Position numbers and translations under genes: made by a program
Notes under the pieces: generated by a model
Databases searched by the model: none
The model's input: the letters and a program-made list of their open reading frames with translations, nothing else
What the model was told of the DNA's origin: nothing
Assembly (NCBI GenBank): GCA_032718475.1
Contig: JAUCBJ010008759.1
Location: 35,089-99,088, forward strand
From: Nemertoderma westbladi
Lineage: Eukaryota; Animalia; Xenacoelomorpha
DNA length: 64,000 bases
Direction: 5' to 3'
In this document: positions 26,540-41,540 of the stretch, in pieces
How positions within the stretch are numbered: the first letter of the stretch is position 1
Layout: each line of letters opens with the position of its first letter

Positions 26540-26898
26540 ATAAATTATTAAGTATTTAATCAGGACTAAGGATGATCCAACTCTATAGCAAATGGAGCGG
26601 AAAAAATGAATTCGCCACCAGCGGTGTTCGAACCCACGTCTCCCGATAAACGTTCAGGTATGCTAAGAGGCATACCTGAACGTTTATCGGGAGACGCGGG
26701 TAACGTTCAGGTATGCTAAGAGGCATACCTGAACGTTTATCGGGAGACACGGGTAACGTTCAGGTATGCTAAGAGGCATAACTGAACGTTTATCGGGAGA
26801 CGCGGGTTCGATCCCTGCTGGTGGCGAATTCATATTTTCCGCTCCATTTGCTATAGAGTTGGATCATCCTTAGTCCTGTTTAATTACTTAATAATATA
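26540..26898. mobile_element. Fold-back (head-to-head) tRNA-derived SINE pair with three 53-bp hairpin units
   Basis: Arms are near-perfect reverse complements; B-box GGTTCGATCCC at ~26805 and its inverted copy at ~26626. Confidence 0.7.
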
Positions 26899-26939
26899 TA
26901 ATTTTTACTATAATTTTTGGACTGAGAACTTATTGCTTC

Positions 26940-27554
26940 TGTGACAGAATCTAGGAGTTGGTTTCTAAACCCCGACCGGTGGTGTGTTGTTTGGTACTAT
27001 ACGCATCGCCGCGTCTGTAGGCTGGTGAAAGGCTGTAGTCTGAATATTGAGGCCGAAGGCCGTAGGAATAACTGAGGTTTTAGTGTAAGTTGTTATAATG
27101 TCAGAACATAATAATAGCACCGTCAGAATATAATAGCACGGTAGTGACGACGGTTAAAAACCGTTCCGGTCTCACAACTCTACAGATACCAACTGAATCA
27201 GAATTAATAAGTACAAAGGTTATATTGTTAACACATATTAGTTACTCCTACTGTACTGAGCGGCCTGGCCAATAGATGCGTTCCAATCACCTGTTTTTCC
27301 CCTCTCATCATTGGCTAACCTAATTAATTTCCATCTCGCCACTCCCTGCTGCCACTATCCCCACGTGCTAGCCCCTTTGTCCCTCTGAGATGGTTTATGA
27401 CCTCTCAACTTTCTTTGTGGCTGGCGATGTGTATCGCCTAAGTTGGTTATTAGGTGACATTATTATTGGTAATGTCACCTTCCCAACTATAATTGGTAAA
27501 ATGCCACTTTGCCCATTTTCTGCTGGGTAGTGTAGGGAATTTAATCCGCTTACA
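26940..27554 (+). mobile_element. Solo-LTR-like element with TSD GCTTC
   Basis: TGTGACAG...CCGCTTACA flanked by GCTTC on both sides. Confidence 0.75.
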
Positions 27555-27839
27555 GCTTCCAACGGAAATACTATGTAACAATAATAATAGAAACTAAAAT
27601 ATACAGTGATTTATATTATAATAAAAAATGTTGTTGATATAATTTTTTGTAAAAAAAAAAACAAAAATAATAGGTAGCACTGGTACCATAGAAACTAAAA
27701 TAAACAGTGTCTTATTAAATAACCATAAAAAAAACACTACCTTCGAAAAAAAAACTTTCTACCATGAAAATGTTCTTTACTCGAGATATATTTATTGTGA
27801 TAATTTTTACTTGCTATATTTCTCAACACTCAATATTTT

Positions 27840-27975
27840 TTCACGATATTTTTATACACGATATTTTTACACGCGATAGTTAAACTCGCGATATTTTTAC
27901 ACGCGATATTTTTACCCGCGATTTTTTTACACGCGATATTTTTACACGCGATATTTTTACTCACGATATTTTTAA
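27840..27975. repeat. Short tandem repeat of ~16 bp (ACGCGATATTTTTAC)
   Basis: About 8 degenerate units. Confidence 0.8.
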
Positions 27976-29049
27976 AGTCTCGATGTTTTTCACCAATCAC
28001 AAATACCGAATATTAATGTATACGTTTAATATTTAATAAAATAGTGCAGTGAGACTAAACGTGTGGGCCAAGGCAAGTAAGGGATAAACATAATGACAGC
28101 AAAAGTATACGTTTACTTATTCACCTGACAAATATTATTACCAAAATGGAAAGGGAAAACATCAACTTTATCCACGAAAAGATGAAAAAATTGTTATTTC
28201 TAATTTTACGATAAAGTATTCAAACAATTTCATCAATATTTATTTAATAAACATTCAGCAGATTAGGTTAGACAATAATGGCGTAGGTAGTTTAAATCGA
28301 AATTTGAATATTGTGGGGCGAGACACGTATGGCGAGCCATCAGCGAACTGATATAATTATACTATGGCTACCAGACTAAAAGTCTGTGTGTGTGTGTGTG
28401 TGTCGGAAGACATAAATGTCGGAAGCCATAATCGAAGTTAATATCTTCAGCTAAATTGTATGGTTGAGTCATTTTGAACGGTCTCTCCATGAAAATTAAT
28501 TGTTTAGCACCATACGATTAAAGTTATTTTGCACAGAAATTAGATATCTGGAATCCATGTACCCCATTCCATTATAGTTTTTTATTTTTTCAAGTGATTT
28601 GCGTTAATAAATGTATTTTTAATTGATTTAAACATAATTAACATTGTAAATTCATACCCTGATTCCATTCTCCTCCATAGAGCCTAAGGCATGGCAAGGG
28701 CAGCGGTGCCCAATAATATTTCTTTAAGTTCTACATTACTAACATGGCAAGCTAAAGTCATTGACCATTGTGCCTAGGCTAGTACACAGGGACATAGTAG
28801 TCCTGTATAAGGAATAGTGCTCCTTCAATACATCTCAACAGACATCAATTCATTTGCCTGTGCCTACCAACGCGTGCTCCATAACATAACATATATTCTT
28901 GATTTCCATCACCTCTCACCACAATTATTATTAGTAATTAAAAGTTTCAATTCGGTTTGTCTTTCCGTTATCTGGTTATTCAGTTATGGCATTATTAATA
29001 AATAAATGTTTTAAAATATATCTTACGAAATATTGTTAATAATTAAAAC

Positions 29050-29872
<823 letters not shown>

Positions 29873-30881
29873 GAACTACTGTACTGTGGTTGGCATTACG
29901 CCATATACCTAACACTAATAATACAGTCTACAATACAGCCTATCTACAGTACAGAATGGATTTTTTGCCACGAAGAGCAATAAATGTCATTAAAATACTA
30001 TCCACCAGTATACCTACTCCAAGAGCCTTCCAATAAAACATGTATTCCAGCATGACGTCCACTGCACGTCTTCGTGCTGTCCATGGTGACGTGCAGTGGA
30101 CGTCATAGGCTCTAAGGGGTTAAGCAACACGGTCCCTACTTCGCCCTGTCGACACCGCAGCCATTTTTCACCAATCCTTTTTTAGAGTTTTTTAATTTTT
30201 TTGGTATTGGTGAAATTTATAAAACATTAGTAGATATGTTTTTTTATGATAGCTATAGTGTTTTTTTGCTAGCTAGTATTTTTTGAAATTATAAAAAATG
30301 TGAAAGTCCATGATATTTCAGGTTAAACTGTTGAAGAATATCTTTAATGGCCAAAATAATTTCCAAAAATTACTAGCTAGTAAAAAAACTAGCTATATAC
30401 CATAAAAAATCTACTAAGGTTCTAGAACATTCACTAATAATATAAAAAAGCACTCAAAATCACAAAAAATAAAGGTTAAAAAACTCATTCGGGATCCTTT
30501 TGCTTAAGGAGTCAAAATTGTAGAACAAATTCCCGAAGTTTGCGACGTTTGCGAAATTCGCGAAGAATTCGTCAGTTTCTGTGCCCTAATGGTTTCGTGA
30601 CGAAACAATAAAATCTTACACACTTAACACACACGAACTAATTTAATGTGTGTATTAGTATGCCTGAATAATTAAATAGAAATTGAATTAATGAACGCTA
30701 CTTCAACATGAAAACTACGGAATCAATACACAACACACGCACACTACTGAATTTAAAAATTTATATAGATTGCAACTTATATTTGGCTACCTTTTAGGCC
30801 TAACGGGTGACTAATTTAATTATTCACCCCTATATATTTGTAGCCTTTTTAATTTGTGCCTCTAATTGAATCAAACATTAA

Positions 30882-32025
30882 GGGGGGGGGGGGGGGGGGG
30901 TAGCGCATTTTCTGACCAAAAATACGAATTTTTGAAACATATCCTATCTGATGCAGAATTTCATGGTAAATCCAAATATGGAAACCGTTTTCCCATATCT
31001 TGCTTAGTTTTCGAGATATCTGGGATAGAAGATACTGGCTCCGATATATTGCGATATCGGTAAAGGCGATGAGGTTTGGAGTTTGCATTCAATTTCTGCA
31101 AATTTCTGTGCCCAGTGGTGCCAATTGGATGTCTCCACGAGAAAGAGCACAAAATTTTATTTGAGAAGGTATTTTTTTATGATTATTGGACCTACTGATC
31201 AGTTTATAAGACAACTTCAAGTCTCCGGAATGAAGACGGGACTTGAATAAGCGACTCTGCGGTCTTTGCGGGATTACATGGAATAGACTTATCGGTCATC
31301 GGAGATCTTTAAAATGTATAATCTCCAGTTCTAGTGGTCGTACGAAGTTCGTTTTAGGCTCATTCGAAAGCTCTTTTCTTAGAGAACAAAGTTACCATTT
31401 GATTAAAGACAAAATGGTTGTAAAGCAACATAACATGAATTTGGGTATAATATGCCTTGCAAATTTTGTTCAAGTTATGATTGCTCAGGCAGCTTTAAAG
31501 AGTTTGCCAAACCAAATGGTAACTTTGGTCTCTGAGAAAAGAGCTTTCGAATGAGCCCAAAACGAACTCCGTACGACCACTAGAACTGGAGATTATACAT
31601 TTTGAAGATCTCCGATGACCGATAAGTCTATTCCGTGTAATCCCGCAAAGACCGCGGAGTCGCTTATTCGAGTCCCATCTTCATTCCGTAGACTTGAAGT
31701 TGTCTTATAAACTGTTCAGTAGGTCCAATAATCATAAAAAAATACCTTCTCAATTAAAATTTTGTGCTCTTTCTCGTGGAGACATCCAATTAGCACCACT
31801 GAGCACAGAAATTGCAGAAATTGAATGCAAACCCCAAACTTCATCTCAATTACCGATATCGCGATATATCGGAGCCAGTATATTCTATCCCAGATATCTC
31901 GAAAACTAAGCAAGATATGGGAAAACGGTTTCCATTTTTGGATTCAGCATGAAATTCTGCATCAGATAGGATATGTTTCAAAAATTCGACTTTTTGGTCA
32001 GAAAATGCGCTACCCCCCCCCCCCC
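30882..32025. mobile_element. Palindromic MITE with TTAA TSD and G-run/C-run termini (Kolobok-like)
   Basis: TTAA at 30878-81 and 32026-29; inverted arms of ~520 bp; termini start GG rather than the piggyBac CC. Confidence 0.75.
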
Positions 32026-33926
32026 TTAAACTAAAATATATGTCACAATATTGGTCTGTCGGTAGCTGGTCAATGAATCTTTCATAAATTTGTTAATTAT
32101 TCGCTGCTCAGTCATTGAACATTTGAACACGTGCTGCTCGAAGACCCCACAACGTGTATTGTTTAATGACAATCGAGCAGTTAATTAGTTCGTTAATGTA
32201 TTTTTCTAAATACTTAAAAACTACAAAAGGAGAATGCATAGCTGTTAACCTAGCAACGAATTATGAAAATTATTTCCCCTAATTCCTACAATATATTAAT
32301 TATACCATTGAAATTGCTAACCTACTACAGTACCATGAAACTTTTTATCCATTACAATTAAGTTCTCCATGGAATATATCACTTTCTACTAACTGAGTAT
32401 TATAATATAATATATAATATATGAATAGTAAATAAATAATATACTGTATATAGTAAAAATAAATAATAATGAGCGGATATTATCTATATTATGGAATAAT
32501 TAATATAATTATTTTTAAATTATTAAAAATACTCCGCGAATTAATTAAAATTAAATTCTAAGCTATTGCGTAGGCCTACTCTGATTAATGGAGTAAATTA
32601 AAATACCTGAATACTTTATTTCTGTAAGGTGGGGTATAGTCCTGTAGATATATGCCGTTTTTTACACTGAACCTTGCATGGGAGTATACAGTAGGTATGA
32701 CATTTTTTTAGTGATCAATAATCAGTCTGATGCGGCCAGATAGGGGGGGGACTTCGACGCAAGAAAAATTTTATCATCTCCAGGAGATAATCGACGCAAT
32801 GGTCGGCTATATAAACCCAATAACAATGCGTCTACCCTAATTACTGTCCCTAATTATCATGTACAGCATGTGATTGATCGCTAGAAGTCGGCTAGTGTAC
32901 ATAGGGAGTATTTAGGTTAGGGCAAGTTCCAACCACTCTTGGGTTATTTATAAAGGCTACTACTGTATTTGACCCTCCCTGGTCGACTTACATATAATAT
33001 ATGTAAAATAAATATAAATATGATGGTGTTATTATCATCATAGGCCTACAATAGACTATATAGAGGGTCGCTAAAAAGTCGCAAAAGTTTATATGTAGAC
33101 TATAGGTGCAGCCGACTTTGCCGACCAGTTCGACTGTTCCGCCCACCTCTTGGGGTGTGTAACAGTTTATAGGCGACTATTCCACACTGTGAACTGAGGG
33201 TAAGTAGCAAGTGGTCGGCTAGTCGGGTTAGATATATCATATTCAGGGGTGGTCAGAAGAGTCGAATTGGTCGGCAAAGTAATCTATAATCTTACATATA
33301 AACTTTGGCGACCCTCAATATTTTCTATTGTAGACCTATGTTGATATATGCCGACCACTTGCGACAATTTCATTTCAGACACACCTCACATATTTTTGCT
33401 GGAGACGATTATGTAAAGTTAGTTATAGAATATATTTGGCTGGAAGTTGAAATTAATAACATCCATTGTAATTTTGGCATATGGTGTATTAAAGGTATTA
33501 AGATACAACAAGGAATTTAAGATTGATGTTGATGTAATGGTATTCTATTGAATTATTATTTTTAAAATCAATTTAACTCTACCAAACTTCATTATCGTTA
33601 CGATATAGCGCAATTTTTAACTTGAAACCGGCGCAGTTCCCATTGGAATAATAGTGATTAAATACGTTCTGGAACACACCCATAGGGGATTAAAAATCGT
33701 ATTACTTTTGCATTTAAAGTTATAAATCAAATGCAATATCTGCCGGACTAGTAGCTCTAATTATACTCTACATTCTTAATGCGCAAGAAGCAGTCGTTGT
33801 TTAGCGTTTTTAGTTTATATATGTCTTCGTTAATTGAACAAACACTACTAAAATATTAACTATTATTAAATATTAACACTACTATTGGCATAATTGCACC
33901 TGTATTATATATAATTATATATAAAT

Positions 33927-34450
33927 TAAGAATGCTGCGCCGGTTAGACAAAAAATTGTTGTGCAGGCTTGTCGACAAAATTGCGCCGCCACAACTCCCT
34001 ATCACCCATGACATTTGCTAGATCATCCGCATCTTCAAGGCCTGTGTCCTTTAAGATGCGTCTCAAGAAAGTCATGGGCTGTCCACCATGCTTATTCACT
34101 CCATGAGGCTGTCAAAGTACAAGATTATGCACTGGCTGGTGCTCACGGCGAAAGCAATGTCCAGCAAAGCGGAGGCGATTTTGTTCTAGTTTCAAGCTTG
34201 GGGAACCAATGAGACACCTCCAATGTTATATAGTGTCTGGTTGGAGATGTGTGCATTGTACTTGACACAATGAACCCGGCGTAGCATTCTTGTGAATGTG
34301 CCATCCAGAGATTTGGTGTCCTCAGCAGTTAGAGCCCAGCATGGACTCCCATAGAGGAGTACTGGAACTACTGCTGCTCAAAATAATCGGACCTTAAGTT
34401 TCCGATTAATTCTCTGTGACTTCCAAATCCTGGACAGACTATTAAAAGCT
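33927..34450 (-). mobile_element. 3' fragment of the RTE-like LINE
   Basis: Near-identical to 43206-43710. Confidence 0.88.
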
Positions 34451-35074
34451 GCTGTTTCCGAAATCAGAAAACCTGACACCCTCTCGTTAATCTTTTTTGT
34501 GGCAGCGATTTTTAATACTATATTAATTGTTATTAAATATCACGGCAAGGCACATACTGTGAGTACTAAAATACTAAAACAGTATTAATATTAATAATAC
34601 CAGCAGTACCAGCTATATAATTTGCGTGTAGATTAAGTAATTAACGGCTTAGAACAAATATAGTTTGTTCTAGAGATTTTTAGGAACTTAATACTTTGTT
34701 TATAAGGTTCTTTAAAACATCAATAATAAAACATTTTGTTCAAAAAGTAAATCATTTAATTAAAAAATCACGATTTTCAAGTAAGATTACGTATTAAATG
34801 ACTGTCAAAGTTAACTGAACACTGGCATTTGGTTACCCGAGTCCCGTTTTCTGAATCAATCGAATAAAATCATAATAATAATTTTTTCATAATGTAACAA
34901 ATATATATATTTAATTATCGCTTTTCTAGATACCGTATTACAAGACGACATTGAATATAATAATTAATACCTCTCACAACAGTACCACCATGTCTGCGCA
35001 TGCGAAACCGTTCATAGACTAACGACGCGATAGCAACTCGTTTTAGTTAAATATATTGTTTTATTACTCAGCCC

Positions 35075-35371
35075 TTATCGCAGCTGTACGACCCCATTAT
35101 GACTATTATTACATGGCGGTACTGTAGTATTGAGAGCCACTCTATTACACAGTGATTCATCCAGGTGGGACCGTTCTGTACATACTGCCTTGGAGCTGCG
35201 TTTGTGTACTTTAGGTGTAACAATTGTCATGATGAGACTGCCTAATGCCTCATTACCGGCATGTGATTGGTTGGTAATCTCGTGGCCACGGAGCCAGCGA
35301 GACCATCGTTTACGTATCTCCTTGGCAACTTCATTATTGCAGAAACAATATATCATAGCGAGAATAACACC
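35075..35371 (-). CDS. Class B1 GPCR last exon (end of TM7, helix 8, C-tail)
   Basis: ccgcag|GVILAMIYCFCNNEVAKEIRKRW...; completes the family motif FQG...YCFxNxEV. Confidence 0.9.
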   Translation of the reverse strand, partial: GVILAMIYCFCNNEVAKEIRKRWSRWLRGHEITNQSHAGNEALGSLIMTIVTPKVHKRSSKAVCTERSHLDESLCNRVALNTTVPPCNNSHNGVVQLR

Positions 35372-35872
35372 CTGCGGAAGTAAATCGGTAATTTTTACAA
35401 TTTATGTCTTTAAAACTATTTAACATTTTATTTTATTTTATCATTAACATTTTATTTTATTTTATTTTATCCTTAACATTTTATTTTATTTTATCATTAA
35501 CATTTTATTTTATTTTATTTTATTTTATCGTTAACATTTTATTTTATTTTATCATTAACATTTTATTTTATTTTATCATTAACATTTTATTTTATTTTAC
35601 AATTAACATTTTATCAATTAGATATAATTTTTACTTAAAGTGAGAAGACGATGATATTATAATATTGTTATGGAACTCATACAGTATTTACTGAAATGAG
35701 CTAATATCTGAAATCATTCATTCTAATTGAAATATTTCCGATGATGAATATACAAAAATGTTTATAGAACTCATTACTGAAATAGTTACCTTAAATTATG
35801 ATTACCGGACTGGTTTCTACACAATGTATACAGTACTATATACAGTACACCATGTCATGGAATATAATATGG

Positions 35873-36765
35873 TCGTTATTCAGGTACCTACCCCCCTCCC
35901 CCATACCCCCCCCCCCCCCCCGCCCCAAATATTGATACAAAGCACACAGAAACAGAGATAGTTTCACCTCGCTGCTCCTTGCTGGGTGAGCCAGAACTTT
36001 TATTTTTGCTTTCAATCCATCGCTCCAAACGTTTGAAAAAAGTGTCTCCAGCGATATTGTACAAGTCGTATTGCAGTTATTCTTCAACCTTATATTTCTT
36101 TGTAGCAATAGAAAGCTAGCTGTGCAAGGATTCCAAATATTATGTATCACAATAAAATCCAATTGTTTCTGAATTGTATCGTTAAATAGCTGAGATATGA
36201 GCGTTCAAATGTTGCATGTTTTTACACAAGTGTATTTCATTCAATTTAACAAATACAGTAAATTATATTCTGGTACACTTTGTTTACGTACGAAGAGCTA
36301 CGCGATAGTATGATTATAGATATATTGGATTATTGCCCAGTTACGTATGGGATAAACAAAATGTTCTAGAATATGGTGTATTTATTTAATATAATAAAAT
36401 AACCTTGGGCAGGTGTAAAACCATACAAATTGAGAATGTCCATATCTCAGGTATTTTAGGACGAAATTCAGATTGTGTTACTTATTTCAAATCCTTGCAT
36501 CGCCAAATTTCCGTAAATATCAACAAATCGCTATAAGGTTGAAGGATAACTGCGGTGTATCTGATGCAATATCGACGGAGACACTTTTTACAAATGCTTG
36601 TAGCTAAAGAATGAAAGCAAAAATAAAAATCCTGACTCACCCAGTCAGTGGTCGGGAGGTGAAACTATCTCTGTTTCAAATTTCATGCAATCTCATTAAG
36701 ATTTGTAGAAAAATTAGGGGGGGGGGGGGGGGGCGTGGGAGGGGGTCCAGTTACCTGAATAACGA
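35873..36765. mobile_element. Palindromic MITE (intronic)
   Basis: Ends TCGTTATTCAGGTA and TACCTGAATAACGA; long degenerate inverted arms with C and G runs. Confidence 0.7.
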
Positions 36766-37011
36766 TGTATGACGATACTGTGATAAATTTATTAAATTAA
36801 TTAAATAATAATTAAATAATAATAAATAAGGGAATAACGAGCCTTTGTTATAATAATAATAATAATAATAACTAATATAATATGATATAATTAATATATT
36901 ATTAATATTATATAATTAATAATAATAATAAATAAACGAACTAACAACCCAATCCCGGTTTATAATGTTTCTGAACTCATGTTTACTTACCTAAATGTTC
37001 TTTCTACTCAC

Positions 37012-37149
37012 TTGAAATGATGATGTTATAAGTTCGAAGTAAAGTCTGATAGCTTGTATTGTTGAATTATCACGGCTGTTATCAGTGGGTCCGAAGAAAC
37101 ATACAAATATCTGGTGAACCCCGAAAAGCGGTATCAGTATGAGGGTCGC
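37012..37149 (-). CDS. Class B1 GPCR exon (TM6-ECL3-TM7)
   Basis: tttag|ATLILIPLFGVHQIFVCFFGPTDNSRDNSTIQAIRLYFELITSSFQ|gtgagt; 138 bp, phase 0/0. Confidence 0.92.
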
Positions 37150-37788
37150 CTAAATGTAATATTAATTAAACATGATGGCCCATTAATTATAATTATAATA
37201 CATATTCATTGTAAAGTAATAATATTGGTGGATTAAATGGACAACAAACAAGATATAGAGATTTCATGTTCTGTTTTAAACAAAATTATTTACACATTAT
37301 TTTGTTTTGTTACAGTTAAAAAACAAAAATAACTATTACAGTACCTTCAAGCTACAAACAAATAATTATTTAACAATTACTGTACTAACTATTACATAAC
37401 TAATCGCATCATTGCGTGAAAGCAGCGCAGTGAGGGAACGTTACATGACGTCACGTTCACGACACAACCCGGTAAGTCAATTTTTGAAGATCTGAGAAAA
37501 TCGAAAAAATATTGAAGTTATTGAGATTCAGAAAAAATTCCATAGATACCGTATTTAAGTAATGAAGTAATGATAATAATGAAGTTTCGGGGTTTCAACA
37601 TTTCGTATTATCCAAAAATTAAAAAATGGTTGGTTGAAAACTTAGCGGGTTCTGACTTCTTGAAGCGAAGGTGGCGGTGAATAATCACGGATTTCTAATG
37701 TTTAAGAAATTTCTATCCATTAAGCACTACCTTATTTGCAGTTACAACAAATATATGGCTAAGTGTAAAAATTGATTGTATACTGGAA

Positions 37789-40411
37789 TGCAATCAAGGT
37801 GTACTAAATAACAGGTCATGCAGCGAGCGGATTGGTGAAATTAGCGTGGACCGATCGTTTCCCTATTTATGGCACTTTTTCCATAATATTTCCTTAGAAA
37901 CTTCTTATATGCTACTTTTGTTACGTGGATATGATGACTAGGGTTCATAGAAAATGTAATAAAATGTCTTTCTGGAATTTTTATCTTGTAGTTGCCAAGC
38001 TAACCGGGTGCAAAGTTCAAACTTTGCGCGCCTGTATTTCAAGGCGACAATGGATTCTTTCCTTGATGTTTGGTAGGTGATTAAAGGAAATAAAAGACTA
38101 TCAAAATATTTTACATTTGAATTTGTTTACATTCCCGTTGCCATGGAAATAAGTATAATGAAAAATTTGAAAAATTGTCTACCAATTCTATAAAACACCA
38201 TTTTTAACCGGTTTGTCAGTCTAAATAATAAGTTAAAATTGCCAAAATTTTATTTTATAATTCGGCAATTGTGAATTATATTTCTAAAAGTCAATATTTG
38301 CCAATAAACTAAATTGTCCAATCAGAGAACAAGACCTGTGATACCATGATTTTGACATTCCAAAATATTAAATTTCAGGTAGCAATTATTAAAAATAAAG
38401 AACAGCCACCAGGCATGTTTGTTGAAAATTATACACCATGACCCGTAATATAGTGTCATTTTCTGATGACACGGACCCCCCCCCCCAGATTTTTCTTCAA
38501 ATCTTTATCATATTGCTTGAAATTTGAAACACAACTAGTTCAACTCACCGTGGTTGTTACCATAAAGCCGGAATTTTCGATTTCGCCTTTAAATTTTATT
38601 TATAAGCGTTTTAAAAAAGTGTCTTTTGCGAAATCGCACCCTCTGTATCATTGCCATTCTTCACTTTAGTCGTAATTTTTTCACATCAATAGAAAGCTTG
38701 CGTTGCAAGGATTCCAAATATGTAACAATGTGTGACGGGATTCGAGAATCCCGACCGGTGTGATTTATTTACGCGTCCCCGCCGCCAGTGAAAGAGTTTG
38801 TTATGTTGTTGCTCCAATGTTATTAAAGGATATAGAGATATATGTATGTAGTATATAAATTGGCAGATAACACAGTTGATGGTGAATTGATGCACAAAGA
38901 CCGGTAATATTGATGGTGGTGGCGGCAACGGTAACAAAAGTCACCATTCTGCCCTAACTGTACTAAGATGACTGAGTGAATAAATGAGGGACAGTAACTG
39001 GTAATATATTGCACTGGTTGGCAGTATTACATTACTCAGTGGATGCCTGCCCCCCATTGGCTAATAACCCAATTCTCGCCCTCCCATCTCTCTGGGAGTG
39101 CTTTCCCCCCCGCTACTCTCTCCCTCCCGGAGGTGTAACCTCTGACCCCCGCTGTGTGTGTGTTCCCTTGGGGCCTGTTGTCCCCGTTTATTGGGGTGAT
39201 ACGGGGTTGATTGGCAATCAACCTCGTACTCCCAATATTGCTTAAAGCCAATTTTGTGGGGTGGTTAGCGGAATTGAATTCGCTAACACAATGTCTGAAT
39301 TTCGTTGAGAAACAGCTGAGATATAGACGTTCAAATATTGCAAGAATTATTGTTCACTGCAGGCCATTTATTCTATTTAATAAATACACAATATTCTGGA
39401 ACAAATTGTTTATGTATTGTTAGCTACGCAGTATAGATATTGTATAGGCATACCGCTGTTGCCAACCAACTCATAAAATAAATAACACGTTATAGAATTT
39501 TGTGTATTTATTAAATAGAATAAATGGCCTACAGCGAACAATAATTCTTGCAATCTTTGAACGCCTATATCTCAGCTGTTTCTTAAAGAAAGTCAGATAT
39601 TGCTACATATTTGGAATCCTTTCAACGCAAGCTTTCTATTGATGTGAAAAAATTACGACTAAAGGGAAGAATGGCAATGATACAGAGGGTGCGATTTCGC
39701 AAAAGACACTTTTTTGAAACGCTTATAAAAAAAATTTAAAGGCGAAATCGAAAATTCCGGCTTCATGGTAACAACCACGGTGAGTTGAACTAGTTGTGTT
39801 TCAAATTTCAAGCAATATGATAAAGAATTGAAGAAAAATTTGGGGGGGGGGGGGGGGGGGTCCGTGTCATGACACTATGTTATGTATGATATTATATATA
39901 TTATATATTATTATATATATGTATATATATACTATGTTATATATTATGTATGAAAATGACAGTATATTACGGGTCATGGTGTATAAGTTGTAAATAGTAG
40001 CCCAATTTCTATCTGGCGGTCATAATGGGAATTTATCGTAATTCCCGTCACTATGGAAACGGGATTGAAAAAAATTTTAATGTGAAATATTTTGATAGAC
40101 TTTTATTCCCTTTTCTCATATACCAAATCTCAAGAACAGAATCCCTTGTCGTCTTGAATGACAGGCGCTCGAAATTTGAACTTTGCACCCGGTTACTTTG
40201 GTAACTACAAGATAAAAATTCCAGAAACACATTTTATTACATTTCTATGAACCCTAGTCATCATATCCAGATCCACCTCACAAAAGTAGCATATAAGAAG
40301 TTTCTAAGGAAATATTATGAAAAAGTTCCATAAATAGGGAAACGATCGGCCTCCGCTAATTTCACCAATCCGCTCGCTACATGACCTGTTATTTAGTACA
40401 CCTTGATTGCA
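37789..40411. mobile_element. Nested palindromic MITE complex
   Basis: Outer arms 37789-38160 and 40050-40411; inner arms ~38430-39420 and 39490-39985. Confidence 0.75.
38731..39288 (+). mobile_element. Solo-LTR-like element with TSD CAATG
   Basis: TGTGACGGG...CGCTAACA flanked by CAATG; removing it restores the symmetry of the host MITE arm. Confidence 0.8.
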
Positions 40412-40674
40412 ATGGTCATAATTGACTATAGAACAATAGATAAGAAATACTTAAAACTTGTTCTAGAACTCCATCGTTTCTAAGTAATTAATTACTTTGC
40501 AGTGTTGTTAAGATATCACCAGAACGCAGATAAAATGATAGCAATGTAACAAAAACTTAATAATTTACAAAGTTAAAAACTATGAAACAAAAAACTAATT
40601 TTCAGATAATAAATTTGACCTGTACAGTACAAGAGATATCAGTGCTATATTGACTACAGCAACGATATACCAAC

Positions 40675-40870
40675 CTTCGCCAACTTGCGATATTTCATAC
40701 GCTTAACCTCTTCGTGGCGGGAGGATTTTAGTCGCGTGAATAAAATCCGTAGGACGTTAAGAAATAAAAGGAAAGATAGGGCGACAAAAGCTACAATCGG
40801 TCCCCGGAATAGCCAAACTGCAGCGACACGAAGCTTTACATCATCAGATAATGCGCTGTAGATCCAACAC
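40675..40870 (-). CDS. Class B1 GPCR exon (ECL2-TM5-ICL3)
   Basis: ttacag|g CWIYS...WLFRGPIVAFVALSFLLFLNVLRILFTRLK...YRKLAK|gttggt; 196 bp, phase 2/0. Confidence 0.92.
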
Positions 40871-41540
40871 CTGTAACACAATTAATTATCGCCGTGTGAC
40901 CGTAGCTGTTTTCTACTTTTGTTAATGTTAATCCGGGTTGAATTTAGTAGGTAGCACACATATTACAATAATTATGTAATGCCGATGGGGAAGAACTAGT
41001 TTTCTTTTTCACGCGTCTGATTACTTCACGAGTTGGTCGTGTTAAAAACAAATGTTTAAAACAAATTTAATTCAATACTTTTTAAACCACAATTTTATGA
41101 CAAGCAGTTCCAGGTTACATAGATTTGTGTATCAGGTAACAGATGTACGTAGAGGTACCGGTACCAGAAAATATTTGCGTAAAAATTTTGAAGTTGTATT
41201 TTTTTAAAGAAAACCATTTTAGAAAATATTTAAGTGAAATCAGTTGATGTCATTCTGTCAATGGAGATAAATATATATCAGTTAAAAACTACAGTACAGT
41301 ATATGATTAGTTTAGACACAAGTTAAATAAATGCTTTACACTGGTACCGGAAGCAGATAAATATTGAACGTGGGCCTACAGGACTGACAGGATGATTGCA
41401 GTGTGTGGTATAACTACAGTACAGTGGGTAATTTCAGTAGGCATACAGACAGAACTAAGTGATTGCAGTAGGCATGCATACAGACATAACACGCATAACA
41501 CATAACACAGTAGGCCTACTGTATGCATACAGATAGAACT

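Noticed and set aside
26780-26826. tRNA gene (also the motif at ~61090)
   Set aside because: Only the B-box/T-arm is present; no complete cloverleaf; better explained as SINE heads
30849-32034. Mirror-image short ORFs on both strands
   Set aside because: By-product of the palindromic MITE
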